From: an uncultured Acidobacteriota bacterium
GTDB taxonomy: Bacteria > Acidobacteriota > Vicinamibacteria > Vicinamibacterales > CAVVIG01
Direction: 5' to 3'
Assembly (NCBI GenBank): GCA_963780685.1
Contig: CAWACZ010000012.1
Span: forward strand, 195,238-259,237
DNA length: 64,000 nt
Shown here in pieces: positions 20,140 to 30,846 of the stretch. Both the position numbers and the translations under genes were made by a program. The notes under the pieces are model-generated. The model made no database searches and was not told the DNA's origin. It was given only the letters and a program-made list of their open reading frames with translations. The first letter of the stretch is position 1; each line of letters begins with the position of its first letter.

Positions 20140-22600
20140 ATGAAGGTTTCATTTGCGGTTGCCCTCGTTTCGGCCGTGTTTTGCTCGACGACTGCCGGGC
20201 TTGGTGTTCCTCAGGCGGCCAGTCAGAGCTCCCAGGGCTCCCAGGGCTCCGGCTCCAGGGCTCCCGCTTTTCCCAGGGCCCTCAGGCCGAAAACAGCGGT
20301 GCCGCCGACCGGGCGCAGCTCGATAGATACTGTGTCGCCTGTCACAATGCGCGGCTGAAAACGGGCGGGTTATCGCTCGACGTCGCCGACCCCGCCAACG
20401 TTGGCAGCAACATCGAACTGTGGGAAAAGGTCGTTCGGAAGGTGCGCTCCGGCATGATGCCGCCGCCGGGCCGGCCCGCGCCGTCCGACGAGCAGCGGCG
20501 GGCGCTGGTGTCGTCGCTCGAGACGTCGCTCGACCGCGTCGCGGCCGCGAACCCGCAGCCGGGCCGGCCGCTCGTGCACCGTCTGAATCGCGCCGAGTAC
20601 GCCAACGCGATCCGCGACCTGCTCGCGCTTGAGATCGATCCGGCCCCGCTGCTCCCCGCCGACGATTCGAGCGCCGGGTTCGACAACATTGCCGACGTGC
20701 TCGGGTTGTCCCCGGTCCTCCTCGAAAGCTACCTGTCTGCGGCGGGCCGGATCAGCGCGCTCGCCATCGGTGATCCCAAGACGCCGCCGATGGGCGAGGT
20801 GTACCGCGTGCGCCAGGACGCCTCGCAGTCGCGCCATGTCGAAGGATTGCCACTCGGCACGGTCGGCGGCTTCGTCATCCGGCGGAACATCCCGCTCGAT
20901 GGCGAGTACCGTTCAAGGTCAAGCTGTTTCGGACCAATCTGGGCACGATGCGCGGCCTCGAGTTTCCGCACCAGCTCGAGATCAGCGTCGACGGCCAGCG
21001 AGTCCATCTGGCCTCGTTCGGCGGCGACCTGGATGTCACGGCGTCGAGCGACAACCCGACAACGACTGGAGACGAGATCGACGAGCGGTTCACGGTTCGT
21101 GTGCCCATGAAGGCGGGTCCGCGCGACATCGCGGTGACGTTCCTCGCGAAGACGCACGGCTACAATTCGCGCCGCCTCCAGTCGTACATCCGCAGCTCCG
21201 CCGACACGATCGACTTCTCGGGTCATCCCCACATCGACCAGTTCTTCATGACCGGTCCGCTCAATCCGACCGGTGTCGGCGATACGCCGAGCCGCCGCGC
21301 GATTTTCGTCTGCCGGCCCGCCGGAGCGGCCGACGAGGTGCCCTGCGCACGCACAATCCTGGCGCGGCTGGCCCGTCGCGCCTACCGCGGCGATCTGACC
21401 GACGGCGACGTGCAGATCCTCGTCGACTTCTTCGAGCGCGGACGACAGCAGGCCGGCACGTTCGACGGCGGCATCGACATGGCCCTGCGGCGGGTGCTCG
21501 CCAGCCCCAAGTTCCTGCTGCGCGTGGAACCGGATCCGGCCGGCATCGCCCCGGGGACGGTCTACCGGCTGTCGACCTGGCGCTCGCGTCGCGCCTGTCG
21601 TTCTTCCTCTGGAGCAGCATCCCGACGACGAGTTGCTCGGCGTCGCGGGGAAGGGGGCAGCTGAGGGATCGGCACGGTGCTCGATCAACAGGTCCGCCGC
21701 ATGCTCGCCGATCCCAAGGCCGAGGCGCTGGTCAGCAACTTCGCCGGCCAGTGGCTCTATCTGCGGAACCTCCGCGACAAGGTGCCGAACTCGTTCCAGT
21801 TCCCTGACTTCGACGACGACCTGCGCCGCGCGATGGTGCGTGAGGTGGAACTGTTCTTCCAGAGCGTCGTCGACGAGGATCGCGGCGTTCTCGATTTGAT
21901 GACTGCGGACTACAGCTTCGTGAATGAGCGGCTCGCCAGGCACTACGGCATGCCGAGGATTTACGGCACTCAGTTTCGCCGCGTGACCGTCAGCGACGAG
22001 CGTCGGGGACTGCTCGGCAAGGGCGCCATTCTGATGGCGACCTCGCACGCTCACCGGACCTCGCCCGTGCTGCGCGGCAAGTGGGTGCTGGAGAACATCA
22101 TCGGCGTGTCGCCCGCGCCGCCGCCCGACGACGTGCCGGCGCTGGACGACGAGGAGCGGCCCGAGAAGCCGCGCTCGGGCCGCGAGTCGCTGGACAGCAC
22201 CGCGCGAACCCCGCGTGCGCATCGTGCCACCGCGTGCTCGATCCGATCGGGTTCGCGCTCGAGAATTTCGACGCCGTCGGCGCCTGGCGCACTCGAGACG
22301 GGGGAACGCTGGGCGACGGATCGACGCCTCGGGACAACTGGTCGACGGCACGAAGGTCGACGGCGCGATGGCGCTGCGTCAGGTCGTCGCGAGCCGGAGA
22401 CGTTTGTTCGGACGTTTACGGAAAAGCTGCTGACTTACGCCGTGGGACGCGGACTGACCGCCGCCGACATGTCCGTCGTCCGGTCGGTTGTCCGTGACGC
22501 GCGTGACGGGAACTATCGCTTTTCGTCGCTCGTGCTCGGCATCGTCCACAGTGCACCTTTCCTGATGCGTACGGCGGGGGACCAGGATCGGTCACGGTAG
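20140..22600 (+). pseudogene. DUF1587/DUF1592/DUF1595/DUF1588/DUF1585-type protein (PSD1-like, N-terminal CxxCH), at least 6 frame changes
   Basis: Signal peptide MKVSFAVALVSAVFCSTTAG, then YCVACHNARLKTGGLSLD...MMPPPGRPAPSDEQRRAL...HRLNRAEYANAIRDLL; LEFPHQLEISVDGQRV...; FAGQWLYLRNLRD...; [26 protein letters not shown]; YRFSSLVLGIVHSAPFLMR. These parts are spread over ORFs 20098, 20181, 20948, 21677, 22081 and 22215. Confidence 0.75.
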
Positions 22601-22635
22601 CCGGCGGGACTTCAGGCTCACAGGAGCGAACGACG

Positions 22636-23937
22636 ATCTTCATCACTAAGACGGTCGGTGTCGCGGCGGGCGGTCCTCAAGGCGTGGGCGCGACGCTGGC
22701 GTTCCGTTCCTCGACGCGATGGTGCCCGCGGCGACGGCGCTGGCGAAGACGGCGGCGCAGCCGGCGCTCCGGTTCGGCGCCGTGTTCGTGCCGATGGGCG
22801 AGCTGCCCGAGCACTGGACGCCGTCGACGACGGGCCCGGATTCGAGTTCTCGCCGATCCTGAGCCGCTCGAGACGGTTCCCGATCGCTTGGTCGTTTCGA
22901 ACCTCGATCGTCCGCCCGGCGGCACGCACGCGGTCAGCACTCGACATGGCTCACCGGATCGTCGCCGAAGCGGACCGAAGCCGAAGACTTCTACCGCCGG
23001 CATCTCTCTCGATCAGGTCGCGGCGGGGTCGATCGGCAAGGACACGGTGTTCCCGTCGTCGAGATTGCGACCGAGGATCAGGCCGGCTACATCGGCGCGT
23101 GCGACGTGGGCTACAGCTGCGCCTACATGAGCACCATCGCGTGGAAGGGGCCGACGACGCCGCTGCCGATGGAGATCAATCCGCGTGTCGATCTTCGAGC
23201 GGATGTCGGCCGGCCGGGGACGGCCGGCGGATCGGCTCGCGCGCATGAAGGCCGATCAGAGCATTCTCGATTCGGTGCGCCAGGACGTCGCGTCGCTCGA
23301 GCGCGGCCTCGGCGTCGCGACGCGGCGGTCTGAACGAGTATCTCGAGCACGTCCGGAGATCGAGCAGCGTATTCAGCGGGCCGAGCGTCAGGCGAGCGAA
23401 ACGATCGCGATGCCCAGGCGCCGGTCGGCATGCCGGCGTCGTTCGAGGAGCACGTGAGCGGTGATGTTCGAGCTGATGGCGGTCGCCTACGAAGCCGATC
23501 TGACCCGCGTGTTCACCTTCATGATGAACCGCGAAGCCAGCCAGCTCGTGTTCCCGAACCTCGGGATCAACGAGCCGTGGCATCACATCTCGCATCACGG
23601 GAACGAGCCGGAAAAGCTCGAGCCCTCGTGAAGATCAACACCTCGCAGATCGAGCTGTTCGGCCGGTTCCTCGAGCGGCTGCGGACCACGCCCGATGGCG
23701 ACGGCTCGCTGCTCGATCACTCGGTGATCCTCTGGGGCAGCGGCATGAGCGACAGCAACAGCCACTCGGCGCTCGACGTGCCGCTGCTGCTGGCGGGGAA
23801 GGGCGGCGGCCTCATCAAGGGCAACCGTCACTCGCGGCCCCGAAGGGGACGCAGCTCGCCAACGCCATGCTCGACTGGCGCAGAGTTCGGTGCTGAGATC
23901 GACGCTCGGGGTCAGCACGGGACGGTTGGAGCTGTGA
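22636..23937 (+). pseudogene. DUF1552 domain protein, 10 or more frame changes
   Basis: Pieces in all three frames: SRRAVLKG / VGATLA / FLDAMVPAATALAKTAAQPALRFGAVFVPMGELPEHWTP / VGYSCAYMSTIAWKGPTTPLPMEINPRV / ADLTRVFTFMMNREASQLVFPNLGINEPWHHISHHGNEPEKL / LLDHSVILWGSGMSDSNSHSALDVPLLLAGKGGGLIKGNRH. The family is the usual partner of DUF1592. Confidence 0.7.
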
Positions 23938-24031
23938 CTGCCGAGGACCCAGGACTCGGACCAGGGCTGTCATCAGGCCTCAAGGCGCAGGATCAGGATC
24001 GTAAGTCGGTCTTTCGGTCGCTCGTGTCTCC

Positions 24032-25501
24032 GTGCCTGCGTGGCGGCGTGGCTGTTTCATGGCGCTCGCCGTCACGCTCGAGCCGCCGGTCGATCGATGC
24101 CGTCATCGCCGCGGTCAAGCACGGCGACCGGCCGCGTCCACGCGCTGCTCGCGCAGCGCGTCGACGTCAACGCCGCCGGAGGCCGACGGCACCACGGCGC
24201 TGCACTGGGCGGTGCGTGCCGACGACCGCGAGATGGTGGCTGCTGCCTCAAGCGCCGGCGCGAGGGCCGGAACGCGGCGAACCGCTACGGCGTCACGCCG
24301 CTCCGGCTGGCCGCCACCAACGGCAGCGCGGCTTCATCGGGACGCTGCTCGAGGCGGGCGCGAGCCCTCAACACCGCCAACGCCGAAGGCGAGACAGCTG
24401 CTGATGACCGCGGCGCGCGCCGGCAGCGTCGACGCCGTGAAGGCTGCTCGCGCGCGCGGCGCCGACGTCAACGCGCGGGAGAACTGGTTCGGCGAGACCG
24501 GCGCTGATGTGGGCGGCCGCCGAGAACCACGCCGAGCGTCGTCCGCGCGCTGGTGTCGCTCGGCGCTGACATCAACGCCGCTCGGCGGACGTCGCGGCGC
24601 CGGAGCTCGAGTTCCCGAAGAGCGGCGGGCCGAATATGCCGTTCCGCGCGGCGGCCGGACGCCGCTGATGTACGCGGCGCGCGAAGGCGCGCTCGACGCG
24701 GCGCGCGCGCTCGTGGACCCGGCGCCGAGATCCAAGCCGTGGCGCTGCCGCAGACGACGTGACGCTCACCGACGACATGCGAAGCGAGCCGAGAACGCGT
24801 CGGCACCACCGCGCTGGTCTACGCGATCATCAACGCGCACTTCGATCTCGCCGCGATGCTGCTCGAGCACGGCGCCGATCCGAATATCGCGGACTACACC
24901 GGCATGGCGGCGCTGTACGCCGCCGTCGAGTGGAACACGCTGCAGTGGGTCAGAGCCGGCCGGCGCCGATCCGCGCGACACGCTCGACGGCGCCGGGCTC
25001 GTCGAACGGCTGCTCGCCCATGGCGCCGACCCGAACGCCAGCTTAAGGCGGCACGCCGCTCAAGATCTCTCGATCCGGCGCGACACTGAATTTCGGCAAA
25101 GGCGCGACGCCGCTGATGCGCGCCGCACGGACGAACGATGTCGGGTCGATGCGCCTGCTGCTCGAGTGGGGCGCCGATCCGTGGGCGGCGTTGCCCGACG
25201 GCACGACGCTGCTGATGATTGCCGCCGGCCAGGGGCTCGGGTCATTGCGCGGCGAAGGGCCGCGAATCCGCGTGCCCACCGAGGAAGGTGCGCTGTCAGG
25301 CGGTCCGCTGCTGCTCGACCGCGGCCTGCCCGTCAACGCGGCAACAAGGCCGGCAACACCGCTCTGCACGCCGCAGTCAGGCGTGGCGATCGCGTGGTGA
25401 AGCTGCTGGCGGAACGCGGCGCCGATCTGCACGCGAAGAACAAGGCGGGTTTCACCCCTCTCGATCTTGCGCTCGGATGGGCGAAGACGCCGTGGCGGTG
25501 A
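24032..25501 (+). pseudogene. Ankyrin-repeat protein, many frame changes
   Basis: Ankyrin signatures across frames: DGTTALHWAVRADDREMV, NRYGVTPLRLAATNGSAA, GETALM..AARAGSVDAVKA...GADVNAREN, GRTPLMYAAREGALDAARALV, LLEHGADPNIADYTGMAALYAAVE, TPLMRAARTNDVGSMRLLLEWGADP, NKAGNTALHAAVRRGDRVVKLLAERGADLHAKNKAGFTPLDLA. The start is approximate. Confidence 0.7.
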
Positions 25502-25780
25502 TGCCACGCCGTCGTACGGGAGAGCACCGCGGCGTTGCTTCGCCAGTTGATGGGCGCGCCAGCGCAGTGACGGCCACCGGCCATGGCCGGCGCTACCTTC
25601 GATCGACGCGCTACGCGCCGAACTCCCCACGGAGCCAGGCTTCCGAAATCGACGAAATCTCCCTCGAAAACGAGAAGGGCTCGGCGTTTCACCGGTCGCA
25701 TCCGTGCGCTGAAGTTCGTTTCACGGCCGACGGACAATTGGCCCTCCAAGTCGCCGGGAGTTCGATGGTGGTCCTCGCGA

Positions 25781-26532
25781 TCACCGCGCCGCACACGGTG
25801 TAGGATTCCAACCTGTCGAATCGGGTTGCTTCTTGAAGTGCGTACTCGTGATGAAGGGACCGTTCAGGTACGTCGGATCGTCGACGATCGCTTTTACGAT
25901 CACCCAGGAATCGCCATTCGCCTCGTTGACGCGATCGTAGTATCGGTCACCTGCGCGTTCGCACTGTACGGCACACCGTTCTTTCGCAGATATCCGGGCT
26001 TCAACCGCGTGGTCGTCACCTTCAGGCCGCCGCCAGGAACTGGCCCTCGCGCGCCGGCCGCCACGTCCCAGGACGCGGTGGAAACGCCCTGCCAGTCGCC
26101 ACCCTTGCCGGCCGGCGTCGTGCCAAACTGCAGCAGACGCGTCTGCGTCCCGCTATCCATCTCCACCTTGAGCGTGTTGGCGTCCTGCCACGTGATGTGC
26201 AAGCGTCCCGGCACGCGCATGATCGCCGCGGCTCCGTAGGCCTTGCATTGATTGCCTGCCGCTTCGTCCTTGCCGGGATCCCACGCGTCGGCGACTTTCC
26301 GCCCCTCGGCGTTGAGCGGCAGGCTCGCGTAGTCGCCCTTGGCCGGCGTCACCATCCGATAGAGCCAGTCTTCGGTCACGACCGACACCCAGTACCCAGT
26401 CAGATCGACCGGCGCCGCGTCCCTCGGAGCTGCGCCCCGCTGTGGCGCGTTGGGCGCCTGGGCGCTCGCTGACCCGGCAACGACGGCCGGGAGAAGGGCG
26501 ACGGCAAGAATGCAAAAACGAACGGTCTTCAT
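25781..26532 (-). CDS. Secreted hypothetical protein, apparent frameshift near 25955
   Basis: Signal peptide MKTVRFCILAVALLPAVVAGSASA. The body is in ORF 25900..26532. After the shift my translation continues DYYDRVNEANGDSWVIVKAIVDDPTYLNGPFITSTHFKKQPDSTGWNPTPCAAR*. Confidence 0.55.
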
Positions 26533-27489
26533 TTACCTGTTCGCGGTCAGGCTCTTGTAGACAGCCTCGACAAATCTCTCCGGCGTACCGGAACCAGACT
26601 TCGCGCCATATCGGCCGTCGTAGTCCTTCGTCAGACCGGCCGCTTTCACCTGATCGAGCGTCATGCCCTTGCCGATCGCCGCCTGAATCCGGTCGCGAAT
26701 GATGGTCACCATGTCCCGGTACTCGAGCAGGTCGGGTTGATCGCAGATGCGACCGTGCCCGGGAACGATGTAGGTGCCTCCCTCGTCTTGGAAACCGACC
26801 ACGGTGAGCTCGAGGATCCTGTTCAACGCGTCGATCTCACCTTGGATGCTGCCGCCCCGTTCCAGGTCGATGAAGGGATAGCTCGTCGTCACGAAGATGT
26901 CGCCGGTGGCGACGACGTCGGAGCGGCGAAAAAAGACCAGGCTGTCACCATCAGTGTGCGCCGCAGGCTGGTGGATGATTTCGACAGCCTCACCGTTGAA
27001 GAAGAGCTGCTTGCGTCCCGACCGATAGGTTTCGGTCGGCCACGATCCGAAGGGAATCTCGGCGCGCGCACCGGTCGGCGCGCTCATCCGCTGCAGCACG
27101 TTGTCGTGGGCGTAGATCTGTGCCCCGACGCCCGCGTCCCTGAGATTGCCGGTGATGTTCGCCCCCACATACGTCAAGCCGGCTTTCCGGACGGTATCGT
27201 TGCCGCCCGTGTGATCCGGGTGCATATGCGTGTTGACGATGTACTGAATCGGCTTGTCCGACAGCGTCCGGATCGCGGCGACCACCTGCTCGGCCTTCTC
27301 GGCCACGCCGGTGTCCACCACCAGAACTCCGGTGTCGCCAACCTGCACGGTGACATTCGAGCCGGCGCCCGTCAGAAGGAACACATTCCCCTGGACCCTC
27401 AGGATTTCAATGCCACCCGCGCTCGATTGAGCGAGCGTCGTGACGACCAGGAAGCTGACGAACGCCAACGAGGCAACCAGTGCTTTCAT
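26533..27489 (-). CDS. Secreted MBL-fold metallo-hydrolase
   Basis: Start MKALVASLAFVSFLVVTTLA (ATG 27489). IVNTHMHPDHTGGN is the HxHxDH motif, followed by ...HTDGDSLVFF...VPGHG. Confidence 0.85.
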   Translation of the reverse strand: MKALVASLAFVSFLVVTTLAQSSAGGIEILRVQGNVFLLTGAGSNVTVQVGDTGVLVVDTGVAEKAEQVVAAIRTLSDKPIQYIVNTHMHPDHTGGNDTVRKAGLTYVGANITGNLRDAGVGAQIYAHDNVLQRMSAPTGARAEIPFGSWPTETYRSGRKQLFFNGEAVEIIHQPAAHTDGDSLVFFRRSDVVATGDIFVTTSYPFIDLERGGSIQGEIDALNRILELTVVGFQDEGGTYIVPGHGRICDQPDLLEYRDMVTIIRDRIQAAIGKGMTLDQVKAAGLTKDYDGRYGAKSGSGTPERFVEAVYKSLTANR

Positions 27490-28382
27490 TTGCCACCCGT
27501 CTTCTTCAACGTCGCCTGGTATTCGGGGTAGATGGTCTCCGCCCCGCCCAGGGCCGCTTCCAGCGGAATCTTGTGGAGGTCGGCAAATTCGCGCAGAAAC
27601 GGATTCGCTCCAGGTTGATAGTGGGGCACGGTGCCCGCAGGCCGATCGATCTCGACGACAGACGCGCACGGATACAACCACGTCTGGCCGTTCTGAACTC
27701 GGAGCAGCAAATCCGTCGTTCTGATGAGCGGTTCACTCAGCGTAATCGGATCGCTCAGTACGGAGGTGTGCGTGAGATGGTCGCCGTGGCGGATGAAGTG
27801 TTCGGTCAGCGTCGCCTGGTCGGTGTGTCGCAACCCGTTGCGTCGCAGCCATCCCCATTTGAGGTGCGTGGTGTAGACCGTCAAGATATTGCCTTCCCAC
27901 TTGCCGGTCGAAAAGCCCATCCACGTATGCGGTGCGGCCTCAGAAGGGTGCGGCCGATCGTCCATCCAGATCGTCCGTGTCTGCTGATAGTTGTCGAGGT
28001 ACTGCTTGATGGCGATCAGCTTCTGCGACACTGGATCGCGTTCTTCCCAGATTCGAAGATTGAACGGTCCGCGGTAGATGTACGACACGATGTGAACTTC
28101 GCATTGATGCTCGGGGATGGTGAAACGCGAAGCATCCCACGCCAGCCCATACATCCGCGCCCCGTCAGTGAGCGGAATCCCGAGGTAATTCGCCAGTTCG
28201 GGACCGGGTCCGCGCTCGCGTTGATCTTCGTGGAAGACCGGACCCCAATTGCCGGCGAGAGAAACGCCCGGCCCGATCGGATTGTATCCACCGGGCCCCT
28301 GTGCGACCGAGGCGACACCCGACAGCACAACCGCCGACGCGCTCGTGAGCACTGCCGCCTTGAAGCGTTGAACCCATTTCAT
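27486..28382 (-). CDS. Secreted hypothetical protein (unrecognised family), intact
   Basis: 298 aa with signal peptide MKWVQRFKAAVLTSASAVVLSGVASVA. It overlaps the downstream MBL gene start by 4 nt, implying an operon. Confidence 0.6.
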   Translation of the reverse strand: MKWVQRFKAAVLTSASAVVLSGVASVAQGPGGYNPIGPGVSLAGNWGPVFHEDQRERGPGPELANYLGIPLTDGARMYGLAWDASRFTIPEHQCEVHIVSYIYRGPFNLRIWEERDPVSQKLIAIKQYLDNYQQTRTIWMDDRPHPSEAAPHTWMGFSTGKWEGNILTVYTTHLKWGWLRRNGLRHTDQATLTEHFIRHGDHLTHTSVLSDPITLSEPLIRTTDLLLRVQNGQTWLYPCASVVEIDRPAGTVPHYQPGANPFLREFADLHKIPLEAALGGAETIYPEYQATLKKTGGK

Positions 28383-28388
28383 AAAGCA

Positions 28389-29506
28389 CTACACCTTGAA
28401 GCGCGGAAACAACCGCTCGGCATTGCCTCGAGCCATCATCTGCATGAACTCCTTCGAGAGTCCCAGATTGGGAAGCTCGTCGACCGTCGTTTCGATGGGC
28501 TCCGGCGAGTAGTCCGTTCCAAAGAGGATGCGGTCGGGAGGCATGAACTTCATCATCGCCGACATCGGGAACGAAAAGCTGGCGTGCGCGATGTCGTAAT
28601 ACCACTTCCTCAATTCGGCCCACAGGCCATTGGGAATGTACTTCAACCGCTCGCCATCGTCCGGATAGCGATCCTTCATGCGTCCAGCCAGCATCGGCAC
28701 CGTTCCACCGGAATGTACGGTGATGAAGCGGATGTTGGGATAGCGGAACATCACGCCGTTGACGACGATGCTCGTGACGGCCCGGGTGACGTCGAAATCG
28801 TACTCGAGCATGTTCGCGGCTGCTCCGTACCGAGGTTGTTGCAGCAGGTAGGAGCCAGCGGATGCACGAACACGACGGCGTTGCGTCGATTGAGCTCCTG
28901 CCACATCGGCTCGAAGTAGTTGTCGCCGGGCCAGCGGCCCTTGTTGTCGTTGGTGTAGATGCCGACGCCGTCGACTCTCAACGTGTCGTAGCAATACTCG
29001 ATTTCCTTCAACGTCCCGTCGAGGTCCGGAAGCGGGACACCACCGAACAGGCCGTATCGCTTCGGGTATTGCTGCACGAGCCTGGCGCCGTATTCGTTGC
29101 CCGTTCTGACGGCGGTCCGCCCGCCTTCGGTGCCGCTGTACAGCAGATCGCCCATCTGCGTCATGGAGAGAATGGCGACGCTGATGCCAAACTTGTCCAT
29201 GGCTTCGAGAGATTGATCGGGCGTCCAGTCGCTCCCCCTCGCCCGGCCTCGGGCGGCTCCCGGAGGTGCTGCACCCCTCGAGCCTACCGCCGCCCCCCGC
29301 CCGCCGTTCAATGCGGGTGGCGCGTGATGATGATGCACGTCGATGGCGCCGCCGCGGACGTTCATCTTTGTCACACGACTCTGTGCAGCACCGGCGGCGC
29401 GGCTCATCACCGCTAAAGCGCCGGCGGCGCCAAGCCGCGCGAGAAACTCTCGACGGGTCGCCGTGGAATCGGCCGCGAACGGAAACCACTGCCGGCGGTC
29501 GGTCAT
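28389..29506 (-). CDS. Amidohydrolase-2 (ACMSD-like) family protein with a Tat-type signal, apparent frameshift near 28850
   Basis: TRREFLARLGAAGALAVMS is Tat-like. GAIDVHHHH is the metal motif, followed by ...VFVHP... in ORF 28751..29506. The C-terminal half MLEYDFDVTRAV...FITVHSGGTVPML...ILFGTDYSP is in ORF 28389..29489. Confidence 0.75.
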
Positions 29507-29704
29507 GGCGTCACCTCGAACGAATGTCCCTGGGGAGCCACCGTCGCTTGGTTGCGGCTGTACAGTCGCCCGCCCGCGACGACGGGATGTGCCCGATCAA
29601 CGTGACCATCTTAATGCGGGCTATCCCCCTCGAGGCGGGCTATCCTCTTCACCGTGCAGGGCGCGCGCCACGTTCGTGATGGCCTGCGCACGAAGGCACG
29701 TCAA

Positions 29705-30300
29705 ATGAGGACGAGATCGGCTCTGAAACGCGCGGCTCCATTGCTGGGAATGCCTCTCCTGTTTCCCCTCTTGTTCGTCGCCGCTCGTGCGGCCTTTCCG
29801 GTTGGAACGTTGGCGATCAGGAGTCAAGGGTACTTCTACGTGGGCGGTCAGTACGACAACCCGGCCAATCCGACGTACATGTCGGGCCAGATGTACGTGC
29901 GGTATCAGATCCCCGTCCGGACCAGCGGTGCGCCGACGACGAGGTACCCGGTGGTGATGATCCACGGGGCCGGTCAGCAGGCGACCACCTACACGGGCAC
30001 GCCCGACGATCGATCGGGCTGGGCGGACTACTTTCTCAACAGCGGCTGGCCGGTCTATACAGTGGATCAGCCCGGGCGCGGCAAGTCGATTTACCTGGAG
30101 CGCGCGTACGGGCCGAGGGGCACCAGCGACATTGCGAATCTGGAGAACCTGTTTACTGCGCCGGCGCGCATGCGCCCGTACCCGCAGGCCAGGCTGCACA
30201 CAGTGGCCGGGACCGGGGATGCATGGCGACCCGGTCTTCGACCAGTTCTTCGCCTCGCAGTTCGAAACAGCCTCGCCATTGCCGCCTCTCTCGAAAAGTG
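29705..30300 (+). pseudogene. Alpha/beta hydrolase, N-terminal about 200 aa only (frameshifted near 30190 and truncated)
   Basis: Signal peptide MRTRSALKRAAPLLGMPLLFPLLFVAARA. YPVVMIHGAGQQATTYTGTPDDRSGWADYFLNSGWPVYTVDQPGRGKS, then a frame change to HTQWPGPGMHGDPVFDQFFASQFE. The expected nucleophile-elbow region and C-terminal half are absent before the next gene. Confidence 0.5.
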
Positions 30301-30315
30301 GCTGCGCACGACGCT

Positions 30316-30660
30316 ATGAAGGATGTGGCACACGAGCCCCCGCCGGTTCGCCAGCTGGCGGCGCCGGATCTGAAGGCGCTCCTCTCGAGCGGCGCCGCCA
30401 TCGAGCTCGTCGATGTCCGGACCGTGGACGAACGTGCGATCGCCGCCATCGACGGCTCTCGCTTGCTCGACCGGGCGTATCACGACGAGCTGCTTCTCCG
30501 CGATCGGGATACGGCCATCGTCTTCCAGTGCCACCACGGCGTGCGCAGTCAGGGCGCCGCCGAGTACTTCCGCCGTGAGGGATTCCGGAATCTCTACAAT
30601 TTGCAGGGCGGGATCGACGCATGGTCGTTGCTCGTCGATCCGGCCGTCCCGCGCTACTGA
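30316..30660 (+). CDS. Single-domain rhodanese-like sulfurtransferase
   Basis: IELVDVRTVDERAIAAIDGSRLL...IVFQCHHGVRSQGAAEYFRREGFRNLYNLQGGIDAW; the active-site loop is CHHGVRS. Confidence 0.85.
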   Translation: MKDVAHEPPPVRQLAAPDLKALLSSGAAIELVDVRTVDERAIAAIDGSRLLDRAYHDELLLRDRDTAIVFQCHHGVRSQGAAEYFRREGFRNLYNLQGGIDAWSLLVDPAVPRY

Positions 30661-30846
30661 GCGTACGCGCCAGGAGCAAACGCGCCCAGAACGCCAGCCA
30701 GTCGCGAGGCACAGAAACCAGGACGGTGTTCCGGGAGTCGCCGCACCGCCGGTGTTTCACTCGGCGCGAACGACTTCGTCGGCCTGGTCGGCCTGCTCGA
30801 GGCTTCCATTTCAGCTCATCAGGCGATAATCCATCCTCATGCGAGC

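Noticed and set aside
20224-20285. Short tandem repetition (ctcccagggc units encoding SQGSQGSGS) as a possible repeat element
   Set aside because: There are only 2-3 imperfect copies, inside the low-complexity linker after the signal peptide of the DUF1592-type gene. This is ordinary linker sequence, possibly an indel hotspot, and not an array or mobile repeat.
20729-22351. 540-aa minus-strand ORF, and similar long ORFs at 42419..43681, 4242..5357, 48562..49689, 58997..60172, 15191..16135 and 56244..57455
   Set aside because: All are antisense to genes with clear family signatures and show the Arg/Gly/Pro-rich composition of non-coding frames in high-GC DNA.
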